Source: Nitrososphaeraceae archaeon (GTDB lineage: Archaea; Thermoproteota; Nitrososphaeria; Nitrososphaerales; Nitrososphaeraceae). Taken from it: a stretch of 64,000 nucleotides of DNA. A model generated the notes under the pieces. It searched no databases, was not told the origin of the DNA, and saw only the letters and a list, made by a program, of their open reading frames with translations. The position numbers and the translations under genes were made by a program. The DNA lies in contig JBIOZG010000043.1 in the NCBI GenBank assembly GCA_044870765.1, forward strand, positions 1 to 64,000. The letters run 5' to 3'. This document shows positions 1-9,271 of the stretch, piece after piece; the stretch's first letter is position 1, and each line of letters starts with the position of its first letter.

Positions 1-128
1 TGCTTCCAGGTGTTGACGGCATTGTTCCTGTAGATGTATATGTACCTGGCTGTCCACCAAGACCTGAAACCCTAATTCAAGGTTGTATGTTGCTGCAAGA
101 AAAAATAAAAAGGTCGAAGATTAGATAA
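1..128 (+). CDS. nuoB: NADH-quinone oxidoreductase subunit B family protein, 3' end (partial)
   Basis: Frame +3 reads [41 protein letters not shown], containing the Nuo[15 protein letters not shown] motif; TAA at 126-128. Confidence 0.85.
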   Translation, partial: LPGVDGIVPVDVYVPGCPPRPETLIQGCMLLQEKIKRSKIR

Positions 129-405
129 TACTATCATAAATTTAAGATCACTTTAATGCTTGTTATAATGATTTGATTTCCGTCGAATTAATTGGACAAT
201 TCTATGTGCTCGGTACTGGATCTACATAATAATTAAAGAAGTAATTGAATTCTGTACTAAATTAAAAAATGAAATTGAGAAAAAGCTTCTAAAATTTACG
301 CTATCAAGGATAGGGTTTTATTCTAATTCAGTTTAGTTGGTTTTTTCTGAATGGTTTTTTTCCTTCATTTGTAAGCTAAAAATAGAGTGATATCCAAGAA
401 CTTTC

Positions 406-1413
406 ATGGACAAGAAATTCCACCAACTAGCTTCAGATATGACAATTTGTAGAATTATAAATGGTATGTGGCAGGTTGCGGGTGGACATGGAGACATCAA
501 TCGCCAAATGGCAATACAAGATATGTTAAGATACCATGAGCAAGGTTTCACGACATGGGACCTAGCCGATATTTATGGTCCAGCCGAGAATTTTATTGGC
601 GAGTTCAGACGACATTTGCTGAAGTTAAAAGGAAAAGATGAACTTGATAAAGTCAAGGCCCTCACAAAATGGGTACCGCGACCCAGTACTATAACACGTT
701 CAATGACTAACACCAGCATAGAATCATCAATTCGCAGAATGGACGTAAACTACCTAGATTTACTTCAATTACATTGGTGGGATTACAACAATCCTTATTA
801 TATGGATGCTCTAAAGTATTTATCTGAACTGAAGGACTCAGGGCGCATCAAACATTTGGGTCTAACAAATTTTGATACTGAACACCTCCAAATAATTTTA
901 GACTCTGGTGTGCAGATTGCATCAAACCAAATTCAATATTCAATAATTGATAGAAGACCCGAAGTTCAGATGATACCATTGTGTAGTAAACATAATATTA
1001 ATTTACTCACTTATGGAACCATTTGTGGAGGTCTCTTGTCTGAAAGATACCTGGGAAAGGCAGAGCCATCTGGTATCGAATTGGACACATTAAGCTTACA
1101 AAAATACAAGAAGATGATAGATGTCTGGGGCGGTTGGGATTTGTTCCAGCAACTTTTATTGGTATTGGATATGATAGCAAAAAAACATAGTGTAAGCATA
1201 CCAAATGTAGCCACAAACTATATTCTTAGCAAACCAACAGTAGCAGGAGTGATTATTGGTGTTAGGCTCGGAATAGTTAATCACATAAATGATAATGTTA
1301 ACGTTTTCAATTTTGACTTGGATGATACTGATCGAGAATCAATAGACGAAATTTGCAAGAAATCAAATAATTTGTTCGATAATATAGGCGATTGCGGTGA
1401 CGAATACAGATGA
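406..1413 (+). CDS. Aldo/keto reductase
   Basis: 335 aa; GMWQ, WDLADIYGPAE (catalytic D/Y), LDLLQLHWW, GRIKHLGLTNF, NQIQYSIIDRR motifs. Confidence 0.9.
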   Translation: MDKKFHQLASDMTICRIINGMWQVAGGHGDINRQMAIQDMLRYHEQGFTTWDLADIYGPAENFIGEFRRHLLKLKGKDELDKVKALTKWVPRPSTITRSMTNTSIESSIRRMDVNYLDLLQLHWWDYNNPYYMDALKYLSELKDSGRIKHLGLTNFDTEHLQIILDSGVQIASNQIQYSIIDRRPEVQMIPLCSKHNINLLTYGTICGGLLSERYLGKAEPSGIELDTLSLQKYKKMIDVWGGWDLFQQLLLVLDMIAKKHSVSIPNVATNYILSKPTVAGVIIGVRLGIVNHINDNVNVFNFDLDDTDRESIDEICKKSNNLFDNIGDCGDEYR

Positions 1414-1455
1414 TCCGCTTTTTGCGATTAATGGCCACATTACCAATGACTTAAT

Positions 1456-2712
1456 CTATTCTCTTTTTAGTGCTACGATTGGCAATAGTCTTGAAGCCTT
1501 TAAGGCAGGAAACAAACCAGCCAGAAGACTTAGTGAAGCAGAAGTTAGCCATACCCTAGTCATATCTGTGGCCAGGAATATGGGAGCTATTTGTGATTGA
1601 CTCTCGCCTCCATTGTTACCAACGAGCCCCGCGCTCAATATGTAGGCTCCAGCTATTCCACCCAATATACCGAGACTAGCTCCAAAAATACCAATCATCA
1701 ATGCCTCTGTTAGAAATAGGGCAAGTATGTGTTTACTCTTTGCGCCTATGGCTTTCATAGTACCAATCTCTCGCGTCCTTTCTATAACTGAGGTATATAG
1801 GGTTGTGATAATTCCAACCGCACCAACTACCAAAGACACTATTGCAATGCTCAAAAGAAAAGCACTAATCCCGCCTGTAAACTGTTGCACTGTTTTGATG
1901 ATAGCCTTAACGGTAGTTATTCCAATATCGTTACCATAGAGCTTTCTAATTTCCTGCTCGATTGTATCTACATAAATCCCGGATCTGGCCACGACGATTA
2001 ATGAATCAAATTTTCCAGATTTATGGAACAATGCATTTCCTACTTCAGTATCTATTACTGCGGAATTATCTATATTTGGATTTCCTGTCTGTTTGATTAT
2101 TCCTCTTACGACGAAACTCTTTGAATCTGATTCCCTTTTCCCGGTAGTGGGATCTACAAAAGTGTACGTGGCCTTGACAGTTTGATATATCCTTAGAAAT
2201 GGAGCGTCCTCCCCAGGAGGATTGGCCAAATCATTAGAAACAATAAGGGCAGAGGGATCATTTTGTCGTACAGTCGATCCTTCGACAAATTCCAGTGTAG
2301 GAGAAAGTACTGTTAATTTCTGTGGATCCATGGAGAACACTTGATACTCTTTTGAATCACCTTGAGATTCTAGGATGACTTGTGCCTGATACGATGGAAT
2401 AACGTCATCTACAAATGGTAAAGACTTTAGTCTATTTTCCACAGCAGCATTTAATGTAATTTTTGGCGTCGGTGGAGGGCCTACCGCTGGTCCTCCTCCA
2501 CCTTGCTGTACTTGGGCCGGATTAATGAAAATAATATTTGCTGCAAGATTACTTAGCTGTTTGTTAAAAAATCCACCAAAACCTGCACTGATACCACCAA
2601 CAGCAACCATTAAGCTACTTCCAACCATCACCATAATTATTGTTAATATGGATTTCACCTTTCTTTCTTTCAGTGCATCAAAAGACAAAACAAAGATCTC
2701 CTTTATATTCAT
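1456..2712 (-). CDS. ABC transporter permease, MacB/FtsX (type VII) family
   Basis: 418 aa; one N-terminal TM helix, large extracytoplasmic domain, SVIERTREIGTMKAIGA signature, C-terminal PIVALKRE. Confidence 0.92.
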   Translation of the reverse strand: MNIKEIFVLSFDALKERKVKSILTIIMVMVGSSLMVAVGGISAGFGGFFNKQLSNLAANIIFINPAQVQQGGGGPAVGPPPTPKITLNAAVENRLKSLPFVDDVIPSYQAQVILESQGDSKEYQVFSMDPQKLTVLSPTLEFVEGSTVRQNDPSALIVSNDLANPPGEDAPFLRIYQTVKATYTFVDPTTGKRESDSKSFVVRGIIKQTGNPNIDNSAVIDTEVGNALFHKSGKFDSLIVVARSGIYVDTIEQEIRKLYGNDIGITTVKAIIKTVQQFTGGISAFLLSIAIVSLVVGAVGIITTLYTSVIERTREIGTMKAIGAKSKHILALFLTEALMIGIFGASLGILGGIAGAYILSAGLVGNNGGESQSQIAPIFLATDMTRVWLTSASLSLLAGLFPALKASRLLPIVALKRE

Positions 2713-2727
2713 GGCTATTTTATCTCA

Positions 2728-5364
2728 CTATTGTTTTTTAAAATTCTCATCATGAGAAGCATCATCACCACCTAGTAGTGTTTCAATGTCTTCATGGTTT
2801 TGACTATCATCTTTATGTGAACTATTTACTTCATTATCTTTCAGTTCCCCCTCTAGGGATTTGGTCTTTATTTTAGATCTGAACCGTCTAAGAATAACAA
2901 TACCAATTATTACTGCTATAATGGCTACCATTACAAAAAATATCATAGTGTAATTACCAAGAAAAGCTTGTCCTTGATTACTTGTTGTCACAGGAGCAAT
3001 AAATTCTACTGTTCCATTAGTAATTACTGTGTAACCATTTCTAAGATCGTCACTATATGTTACCTTTAATGATACAGGATAGATTCCCGAAGCAGAGCTA
3101 TTTTTCATAGCCAAGGGAATACTAAATGGAAGTGGGGAATTTTCTTCAAGATCACCAAGATACTGCGGAAAAGAGGCAGCAGGAACAAGGATATTCTTAT
3201 TTTCATAATCCTTCAACATCGGGGCTGATGACGTTGTCAGTGTTTGATTTTCACCATTAATGGTCGACGATGGATTTAATAATTCTATAGTCGTGAATAA
3301 TGCCAGTGTATTCCCTTTGTTCAAAATATTGCCCACCAGATTTGGATTTCCGCCTATATAATTAACAGCAAGATCATTGATATTTACTGTTATATCGCCT
3401 ATTACGTTTGCTCCTAGGTTTAAGGAATCAGATTTGACTTGATTATTATATATGTATTGTATTGATACTTTAAAGGATACAGGACTGTTAATCAAGGATT
3501 TGGAAGCAAATACAGATGTAAAGAATTCCCGAGTAGAGAATGGGTCTATTTTATTTAAGTTCCACTTTGAATCCCCAAGGATCTTTACAGAGTCAGAATC
3601 TGTATTAAGGGAAATTACTACATCAGTAATGGGATTGGTATTTGTGTTAGTAATATTAAACTTCAGATCATCTACCCTGCCTGCTACCAAGGATATGATG
3701 CTTTTATTTGCATTTGCATTTGCATTTGAGGGCAAATCGATACCATCACTATTATTAATATTATTATCATTATTCTCAATTTCGTTTGGAATAATTCCAT
3801 TTTCATTAAAGTTGAATTCACTAACTTGAGTCAATGGGTAAGAAAAGGTTTGATTTCCATATTCGTTGTTACCGTTACCTCCATTAGCTGAATCATCTTG
3901 ACCACTTTGGATAGTTACATCTGATAAAGATGTACCACTTCGAATTGTATCAGAATTAGTAACTGTGGGCGAAAGAGTTAATCCAGATTGTGGAGAAGAG
4001 GGTAAAATATGAACTCCCATTAGCCTATCTATCTCCTTCTTGTTACCGTACGCATCGTTATAAGATATTTTTAGTTGTATATTCTCCAATATGCTACCTA
4101 CAGAATTGCTAGCGAATATCACAGGATTTATCTTTACGCTCCCACCTGCAGGAATCGCACCCACATTAAAAGTCGTGGTTCCTGAGTTTATTAAAGGGAT
4201 TACTGTAGATTGTTGTACTGTAGTTGTTGAAGTATTACCATTGCCGGATGAGCTTGGAATGAAATTATTATTGTCAATTTGATCCCGCTGATCTCTAGAC
4301 GATACCTCTACAATTACTCCTGTGGCAGAAGCAGAACCTTCATTCTTAATTAATGTTTGCACAAAATTAGGTTCACCTGGGACCAAGCTTACAATACTTG
4401 TAAATGGTAATTTCCCATCTTGGATTGTGTTGTTTATTGATTGTGACGAAGCTGATACCGAAAATGGTATTGCGTCCAAAATAACTTTACCACTTAGTTT
4501 ATATGGAATTTTAATCGTCCTGTCTCTTGTATCCTCTTCGTCTTGTTCTGCAACATTAAAATATCGTATTTTGAGAGAAGCTGTATATTCTTTTCCAACT
4601 AGAGTATCCTTTGATATTGTTACTGGAAAGTAGAGAGTGAAGGGCTGTCCCGCATTGACTTGACCATTGTAAGTGGCTAATGCAGTATCGTTATCGACAT
4701 TTTTTGGAGATACATTTGCCGTAAATCCTGTTGGAAAATCTAACGATGCTCTTATACTTGTTACATCTGAAAAGCCTCTGTTAATAAGAACTATAGCGAG
4801 CATCGAATCTCCCTCCCCCGGTCCAACTTCTTGTCTTGGAACTGGTGGTATGTCTTGTGCGCCGGATGAAACAGAAGAGGTCTCGGCAATCACCGATCCT
4901 TGGGCGGTTTGATCAGTGAAGAAGGAATCTACAAATGCGAATTTTGTGGGACCTTCATTTCCTTCATTATCATTGTCATCCTCATCATTGCTACTTGAAC
5001 TAACAGAAGGAGTAGTAACAGTATTTGTGATAATGACAGGGCTTGGCGATTCCTGTTCTATTGGAGGTTCATCGCCTTTTGGAGGTTCATCGCCTTTTGG
5101 GGTACCGTTATTTGATCCTTCCGAAGACTGTTTACCATTGTCTCCTGATTTTTTATCACTATCAGTTGTCTTTGATTGATAACTTTGATTGGTATCATGT
5201 TTTTCCTTGTTTTCTTGACCTTTATCTGAATCTGCAAAGGTAAAAGATATTATTGTAGAATTCTGGACAAGAATAATACTGGTCAAAAACAGAGATAAAA
5301 ATAGTACTGCAGAGAAAATATTCAGGACGCCAGTGTTATCATATTTCTTGAAGAACATATTCAT
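2728..5364 (-). CDS. Secreted, membrane-anchored COG1361-type S-layer-domain (Ig/CARDB-like repeat) protein
   Basis: 878 aa; signal peptide, acidic low-complexity linker, repeated NxG..A / ISYNDAYG / YLGDLEE / VTYSDDL beta modules, C-terminal TM helix; lies between the ABC ATPase and permease. Confidence 0.75.
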   Translation of the reverse strand: MNMFFKKYDNTGVLNIFSAVLFLSLFLTSIILVQNSTIISFTFADSDKGQENKEKHDTNQSYQSKTTDSDKKSGDNGKQSSEGSNNGTPKGDEPPKGDEPPIEQESPSPVIITNTVTTPSVSSSSNDEDDNDNEGNEGPTKFAFVDSFFTDQTAQGSVIAETSSVSSGAQDIPPVPRQEVGPGEGDSMLAIVLINRGFSDVTSIRASLDFPTGFTANVSPKNVDNDTALATYNGQVNAGQPFTLYFPVTISKDTLVGKEYTASLKIRYFNVAEQDEEDTRDRTIKIPYKLSGKVILDAIPFSVSASSQSINNTIQDGKLPFTSIVSLVPGEPNFVQTLIKNEGSASATGVIVEVSSRDQRDQIDNNNFIPSSSGNGNTSTTTVQQSTVIPLINSGTTTFNVGAIPAGGSVKINPVIFASNSVGSILENIQLKISYNDAYGNKKEIDRLMGVHILPSSPQSGLTLSPTVTNSDTIRSGTSLSDVTIQSGQDDSANGGNGNNEYGNQTFSYPLTQVSEFNFNENGIIPNEIENNDNNINNSDGIDLPSNANANANKSIISLVAGRVDDLKFNITNTNTNPITDVVISLNTDSDSVKILGDSKWNLNKIDPFSTREFFTSVFASKSLINSPVSFKVSIQYIYNNQVKSDSLNLGANVIGDITVNINDLAVNYIGGNPNLVGNILNKGNTLALFTTIELLNPSSTINGENQTLTTSSAPMLKDYENKNILVPAASFPQYLGDLEENSPLPFSIPLAMKNSSASGIYPVSLKVTYSDDLRNGYTVITNGTVEFIAPVTTSNQGQAFLGNYTMIFFVMVAIIAVIIGIVILRRFRSKIKTKSLEGELKDNEVNSSHKDDSQNHEDIETLLGGDDASHDENFKKQ
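5061..5100. repeat. 18-bp tandem repeat (GGAGGTTCATCGCCTTTT x2) encoding PKGDEP x2
   Basis: Exact copies at 5063-5080 and 5081-5098. Confidence 0.9.
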
Positions 5365-6107
5365 GTCGCAAAATTTACTATTTGTTTTTCAATTCTTCCG
5401 TCTTTGATATAGATAGATCTATCAGTCCTGGCTGCTAAATCAGTATTATGTGTTACCATAATGATAGTCCTTTTGAATTTGTTTGACAATAGCTTCAATA
5501 AACCAAAAACATCCGTTCCTGTCTTTGTATCCAGGTTTCCTGTGGGCTCATCCGCAAGGATTATCGCAGGATTATTCATAAGTGACCTCGCGATAGCCAC
5601 TCTCTGTTGTTCTCCGCCACTCAAGTTAAATGGTCTGAATTGTATTTTGGATTTCAATCCTAGAAAACTCAGTAACCGTATTGCTCTGAGTCTTCTTTCC
5701 GTTTTACTCATTCCTCCTATGATAGCTGGGAATTCTACGTTTTTGAGCACAGTTGTCCTGTTAATTAAATTATAAGATTGAAAAATAAATCCTATACGTT
5801 TGTTTCTCATTGTTGCAGCCTCCGAATCATTGAGCGAGAAAATATTAATTCCATTAATTAATACTTGTCCATTAGTTGGCCTCTCCAAAGCTCCTAACAT
5901 GTTAAGTAATGTGCTCTTTCCACTTCCAGATGGACCGACAATTGATACAAATTCACCTTTTCTTACACTAAATGTAATGTCTTTAACACCGATTACTCTA
6001 CCAGCCTGAGAATCCCAGTATTTCGAGAGATTTCTTACTATTAAGGCAGAATTATCTTCGTTATTAATTGGAATACTTGTCAAACTATCTTTCCCTGCTG
6101 GTGACAC
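5361..6107 (-). CDS. ABC transporter ATP-binding protein, LolD/MacB-like
   Basis: Walker A GPSGSGKS, signature LSGGEQQR, Walker B ILADEPTGNLD, H-loop VTH. Confidence 0.95.
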   Translation of the reverse strand: MSPAGKDSLTSIPINNEDNSALIVRNLSKYWDSQAGRVIGVKDITFSVRKGEFVSIVGPSGSGKSTLLNMLGALERPTNGQVLINGINIFSLNDSEAATMRNKRIGFIFQSYNLINRTTVLKNVEFPAIIGGMSKTERRLRAIRLLSFLGLKSKIQFRPFNLSGGEQQRVAIARSLMNNPAIILADEPTGNLDTKTGTDVFGLLKLLSNKFKRTIIMVTHNTDLAARTDRSIYIKDGRIEKQIVNFAT

Positions 6108-6147
6108 AATGCGATAATGTTGAATTAATATCGAGCAATATTAAAGC

Positions 6148-6171
6148 AATTAGGCGTGAGTACGCCTAATT
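6148..6171. promoter_or_regulatory. Perfect 10-bp inverted repeat AATTAGGCGT-GAGT-ACGCCTAATT, candidate operator
   Basis: Read directly; adjacent to a TATA-like TTTAATAT (minus strand, 6138-6145) about 35 nt upstream of the ABC operon start. Confidence 0.55.
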
Positions 6172-6429
6172 TTGGAAAGTTTGAAGTATAAAATATCTCT
6201 TTTGTGTCTCTTATGCCTACGAAAGGGAATCAAATTGAATTCAGCAAACCTTCTTAGTTTTTCCGAAACCATCGTTTTTGAAAAGATGGCCTCATAAGTG
6301 GGACCTCATAAGCGAGAGTGGAATAATGACTATTCTACTTTTTGTCGCAATTAGAGCCATTATGTGTCATTTACTCCAAGATATGGACAACAGACTTTTA
6401 TAAACGACTGTATTTGGTATCCACAACTC

Positions 6430-7380
6430 ATGAAACAGCCCATCCTAGATAAAATTGATTTGAGGATTATCCAAGTCCTTGCCACGGATTGTAGGATATC
6501 TTACAGAAATATTGGCTCAGTTGTGGGCTTGAGTACAAAGAGTGTTAGAGCAAGAATTATCAAAATGGTATCTGGAGGTGTGATCGAAAAGTTCTTTGTG
6601 TACATAAATCCCGCAGTACTCGGCTATGGAACAGAATGTATTTTGAAGATGAGACATAATGAGTTAGCAGAGAATGTTATTAATCGCCTTAATCTATTGG
6701 GCGATTTATTCTTACATGTTAGGCAGATTGGAGGAACATCGGTATTTTCTTTGGTCGTAAAGACAGGATCTGAAAATAAGATTCCGCTATTAATTGATTC
6801 ACTGAAACCCACTGTTATACAGAGCATGTTTGTAAGCCGACCGCATGTACAGAAAGGACCAAAGGAATTAGATTTCAAGATAATTAAATGTTTGTTACCA
6901 AATCCACGTATGAACATTTCTGAAATTGCTAGGAAACTTTCAATTTCTGCAAAGACTGTGAGTAGACGATTAGATACGATGAAAGAAAATAATGTAGTGC
7001 AATTTTCTGTCCTAGTGAATCCTGCCTCCACAAGAGGGTATATACAATTTGTTATTGTGATATCTGTTAAGGAAACTCTGTATCAATACGTTTTAGAGCG
7101 TATATATCGTGAATTGTCAGGAAATCTGCTACTTCAAGCACCTGTGACAAGTCCAGATAACCTGATTGTACTGATAATGTTTAGTCAGGATATATTCACA
7201 GTGGATTCAATTCTCAGAAAGGTTGAATCTTTTGATGGAGTCAATAGAGCCGAATTGGATATACTAACTGGGATAACACTTTCCCAAGACTGGATGATAA
7301 ACGAGATTGAACAAAGATTGAAAAAGGTAGATCAGATATACCTGAAGAAACAGATAAGAGTAACAGATAGCATTAACTAA
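6430..7380 (+). CDS. Lrp/AsnC-family transcriptional regulator with two wHTH modules
   Basis: LDKIDLRIIQVLATDCRISYRNIG and ELDFKIIKCLLPNPRMNISEIARKL are two AsnC-type HTHs; ATG at 6430 preferred over GTG at 6364. Confidence 0.85.
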   Translation: MKQPILDKIDLRIIQVLATDCRISYRNIGSVVGLSTKSVRARIIKMVSGGVIEKFFVYINPAVLGYGTECILKMRHNELAENVINRLNLLGDLFLHVRQIGGTSVFSLVVKTGSENKIPLLIDSLKPTVIQSMFVSRPHVQKGPKELDFKIIKCLLPNPRMNISEIARKLSISAKTVSRRLDTMKENNVVQFSVLVNPASTRGYIQFVIVISVKETLYQYVLERIYRELSGNLLLQAPVTSPDNLIVLIMFSQDIFTVDSILRKVESFDGVNRAELDILTGITLSQDWMINEIEQRLKKVDQIYLKKQIRVTDSIN

Positions 7381-7403
7381 AAAAATATTAAAGGGGATGT
7401 AAT

Positions 7404-7673
7404 TTAGTCGGGACAGAGAGCTGAGCCAAAGCATTTTTTAGGAATACTAGCAATTCTACCAACATTGTCACCGCCTTCTATCGCCTCGGAGATTTGTTTG
7501 TTTGATAATTCTACGCTCGTATTTGTCTTGCTTCCGACACTTGTGATATTAATCATATCTAGACCTGTGCCGGGAGTGGACATGTTCAGGTTCACTAGAT
7601 TTAGTTCGGCAAAGAGAATTACAGAAAGACTGCCAACTGCCAGGATAGAAATTAATAGAATGACTATTTTCAT
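7404..7673 (-). CDS. Small exported hypothetical protein (C-terminal C-x5-C)
   Basis: 89 aa; N-terminal hydrophobic signal, ends KKCFGSALCPD. Confidence 0.55.
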   Translation of the reverse strand: MKIVILLISILAVGSLSVILFAELNLVNLNMSTPGTGLDMINITSVGSKTNTSVELSNKQISEAIEGGDNVGRIASIPKKCFGSALCPD

Positions 7674-7820
7674 TTAGTCCGAACTCCCGTTTAGAGTCAG
7701 CAATGTAATCGCCAAAGCTATTGTATTTGTAAATACCAACGTCAGGGTATTTGGTGCATTAGATTTTGATTTTGTAATATCAATTAAGTTCAGAGGCGGC
7801 GCTAAAAGAATAAAACTCAT
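7674..7820 (-). CDS. Putative 48-aa small protein
   Basis: Read manually: MSFILLAPPL...LLTLNGSSD*; its TAA directly abuts the ATG of the 7673 ORF; GGAG-rich sequence lies upstream. Confidence 0.3.
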   Translation of the reverse strand: MSFILLAPPLNLIDITKSKSNAPNTLTLVFTNTIALAITLLTLNGSSD

Positions 7821-7974
7821 TCCAAAGTCTCCCTCCTAAACCCAACACGGCACATCAATTATTTATCGCGTTAAGATCACATTAACATTAGTAGCACGGT
7901 TGATTTACTTATATCAATCCTTTTGTATATATAATAAGAAAATTGTAGCCGATGCTTTGTATTTGTTTAACTTT

Positions 7975-8145
7975 TTAACAGACTCTCTTTGCAATACAGC
8001 TTGGAATAGCTTTCTCAATTTGCGATGAAGCGCTCAGATAAAGTTCTGTACGCCGTATGGAGTAGAGTATAACTTGAATTAGGAATGCAAGCAAACCACC
8101 AAGAAATATTTTTACAAACTTTTTTGTGTGGCCTACTGTTACCAT
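7975..8145 (-). CDS. Putative 56-aa single-TM protein
   Basis: Read manually: MVTVGHTKKFVKIFLGGLLAFLIQVILYSIRR...IPSCIAKRVC*. Confidence 0.35.
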   Translation of the reverse strand: MVTVGHTKKFVKIFLGGLLAFLIQVILYSIRRTELYLSASSQIEKAIPSCIAKRVC

Positions 8146-8294
8146 TTACACATTATGTCAGAGAGTAAGAAACGAACTTCGTATTTATCGCTTGAAAGTA
8201 AGATAAGATAATTTTCCTCAAATTAATATAAAGATCCTTCAGGGAAGAATCAAGAATCACACCAGATGAATATTTTAAGTAATTTTCTCACATC

Positions 8295-8465
8295 CTAGCT
8301 AAATCTCTTTGCTTTTATCCAATCGACTTTCGCCTTCTTAAGTAACAGTAAATTGCCTGTTTGAGTTCTCGTCTTGGAATATTTGTGTCTGATTGAAAAC
8401 AGCAGTGCAATTAAAACAAGAAATGTGGCAATCACAATTTGATAAGTTATTAGTTGTTCAGCCAT
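8295..8465 (-). CDS. Putative 56-aa single-TM protein with basic tail
   Basis: Read manually: MAEQLITYQIVIATFLVLIALLFSIRHKYSK...WIKAKRFS*; TATAAATAAA (minus strand, 8491-8500) about 26-35 nt upstream. Confidence 0.5.
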   Translation of the reverse strand: MAEQLITYQIVIATFLVLIALLFSIRHKYSKTRTQTGNLLLLKKAKVDWIKAKRFS

Positions 8466-8671
8466 CCTCTCAGTTACTTATGTTTAGCAATTTATTTATA
8501 TCGAATAAGTTCCATCTAAATCTTGAATTTATATGGTCTTGAGAAGTTTATTGCTTAACATCCTAATCAAAGAGGAAAATGAGAGAACCGTAACTCATTT
8601 GATTTTTTACAATTTATCTCACAGTTCATGTAATTAAAGTCCGTACACTGGTCCTAAAACAAGGAGCTCGA

Positions 8672-9079
8672 ATGAAGATATCCAAAAATAACAAGATTGT
8701 CAGTGTGGTGGATGACGAACAAAAGACTGCTCACTTATTTCACAGTGCATTAAATACATTAAAAGGAATCAATGTTTTCGAGTTTACAGATCCTATTTTA
8801 GCACTAGAACATCTCAAAATAAACAAGTTGGACTACGCGGTTATGATTTCTGATTTAAGAATGCCTGTGATTAATGGAGTGCAACTATTAAAAACGGTAA
8901 AGGATTTAAATCCTTCAACTAGAACCATTTTAATGACAGGATATGATATTGATAACAGTCTGCTTCAAGAGTATACAAAAAAAGAAATAATAGATTGTTT
9001 TCTAAGAAAGCCAATAGCACTTGGTCAATTACTATCAGAAGTAAATAAGCAAATTTACAAAACCAAAAATACTAAATAA
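8672..9079 (+). CDS. Stand-alone response regulator receiver (CheY-like)
   Basis: VVDDE, ISDLRMP (phospho-acceptor Asp), MTGY and KP motifs; GGAG upstream. Confidence 0.9.
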   Translation: MKISKNNKIVSVVDDEQKTAHLFHSALNTLKGINVFEFTDPILALEHLKINKLDYAVMISDLRMPVINGVQLLKTVKDLNPSTRTILMTGYDIDNSLLQEYTKKEIIDCFLRKPIALGQLLSEVNKQIYKTKNTK

Positions 9080-9271
9080 AACCAGAATCTTCTTCGTTAC
9101 TTTACTAACTTGGTGATATAAATTAATTAAGATAAAATCTACCAGTTTTTTTATAATAAATCTTACGTTAAATAACTAGTTTTCTTCAGATGTTAGAAGG
9201 TGAGTAGGAATAGACAAAGATAAAGCTGCAGTATCTTGCATGAGTTGAATTGTTAGGAATAAATCGCTTTT

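Noticed and set aside
173-337. 54-codon TTG-start ORF between nuoB and the aldo/keto reductase
   Set aside because: No recognisable motif; AT-rich sequence where such ORFs arise by chance.
3452-6009. Many plus-strand ORFs antisense to the ABC operon, and similar shadow ORFs throughout the window
   Set aside because: They fully overlap well-supported genes on the opposite strand and carry no motifs.
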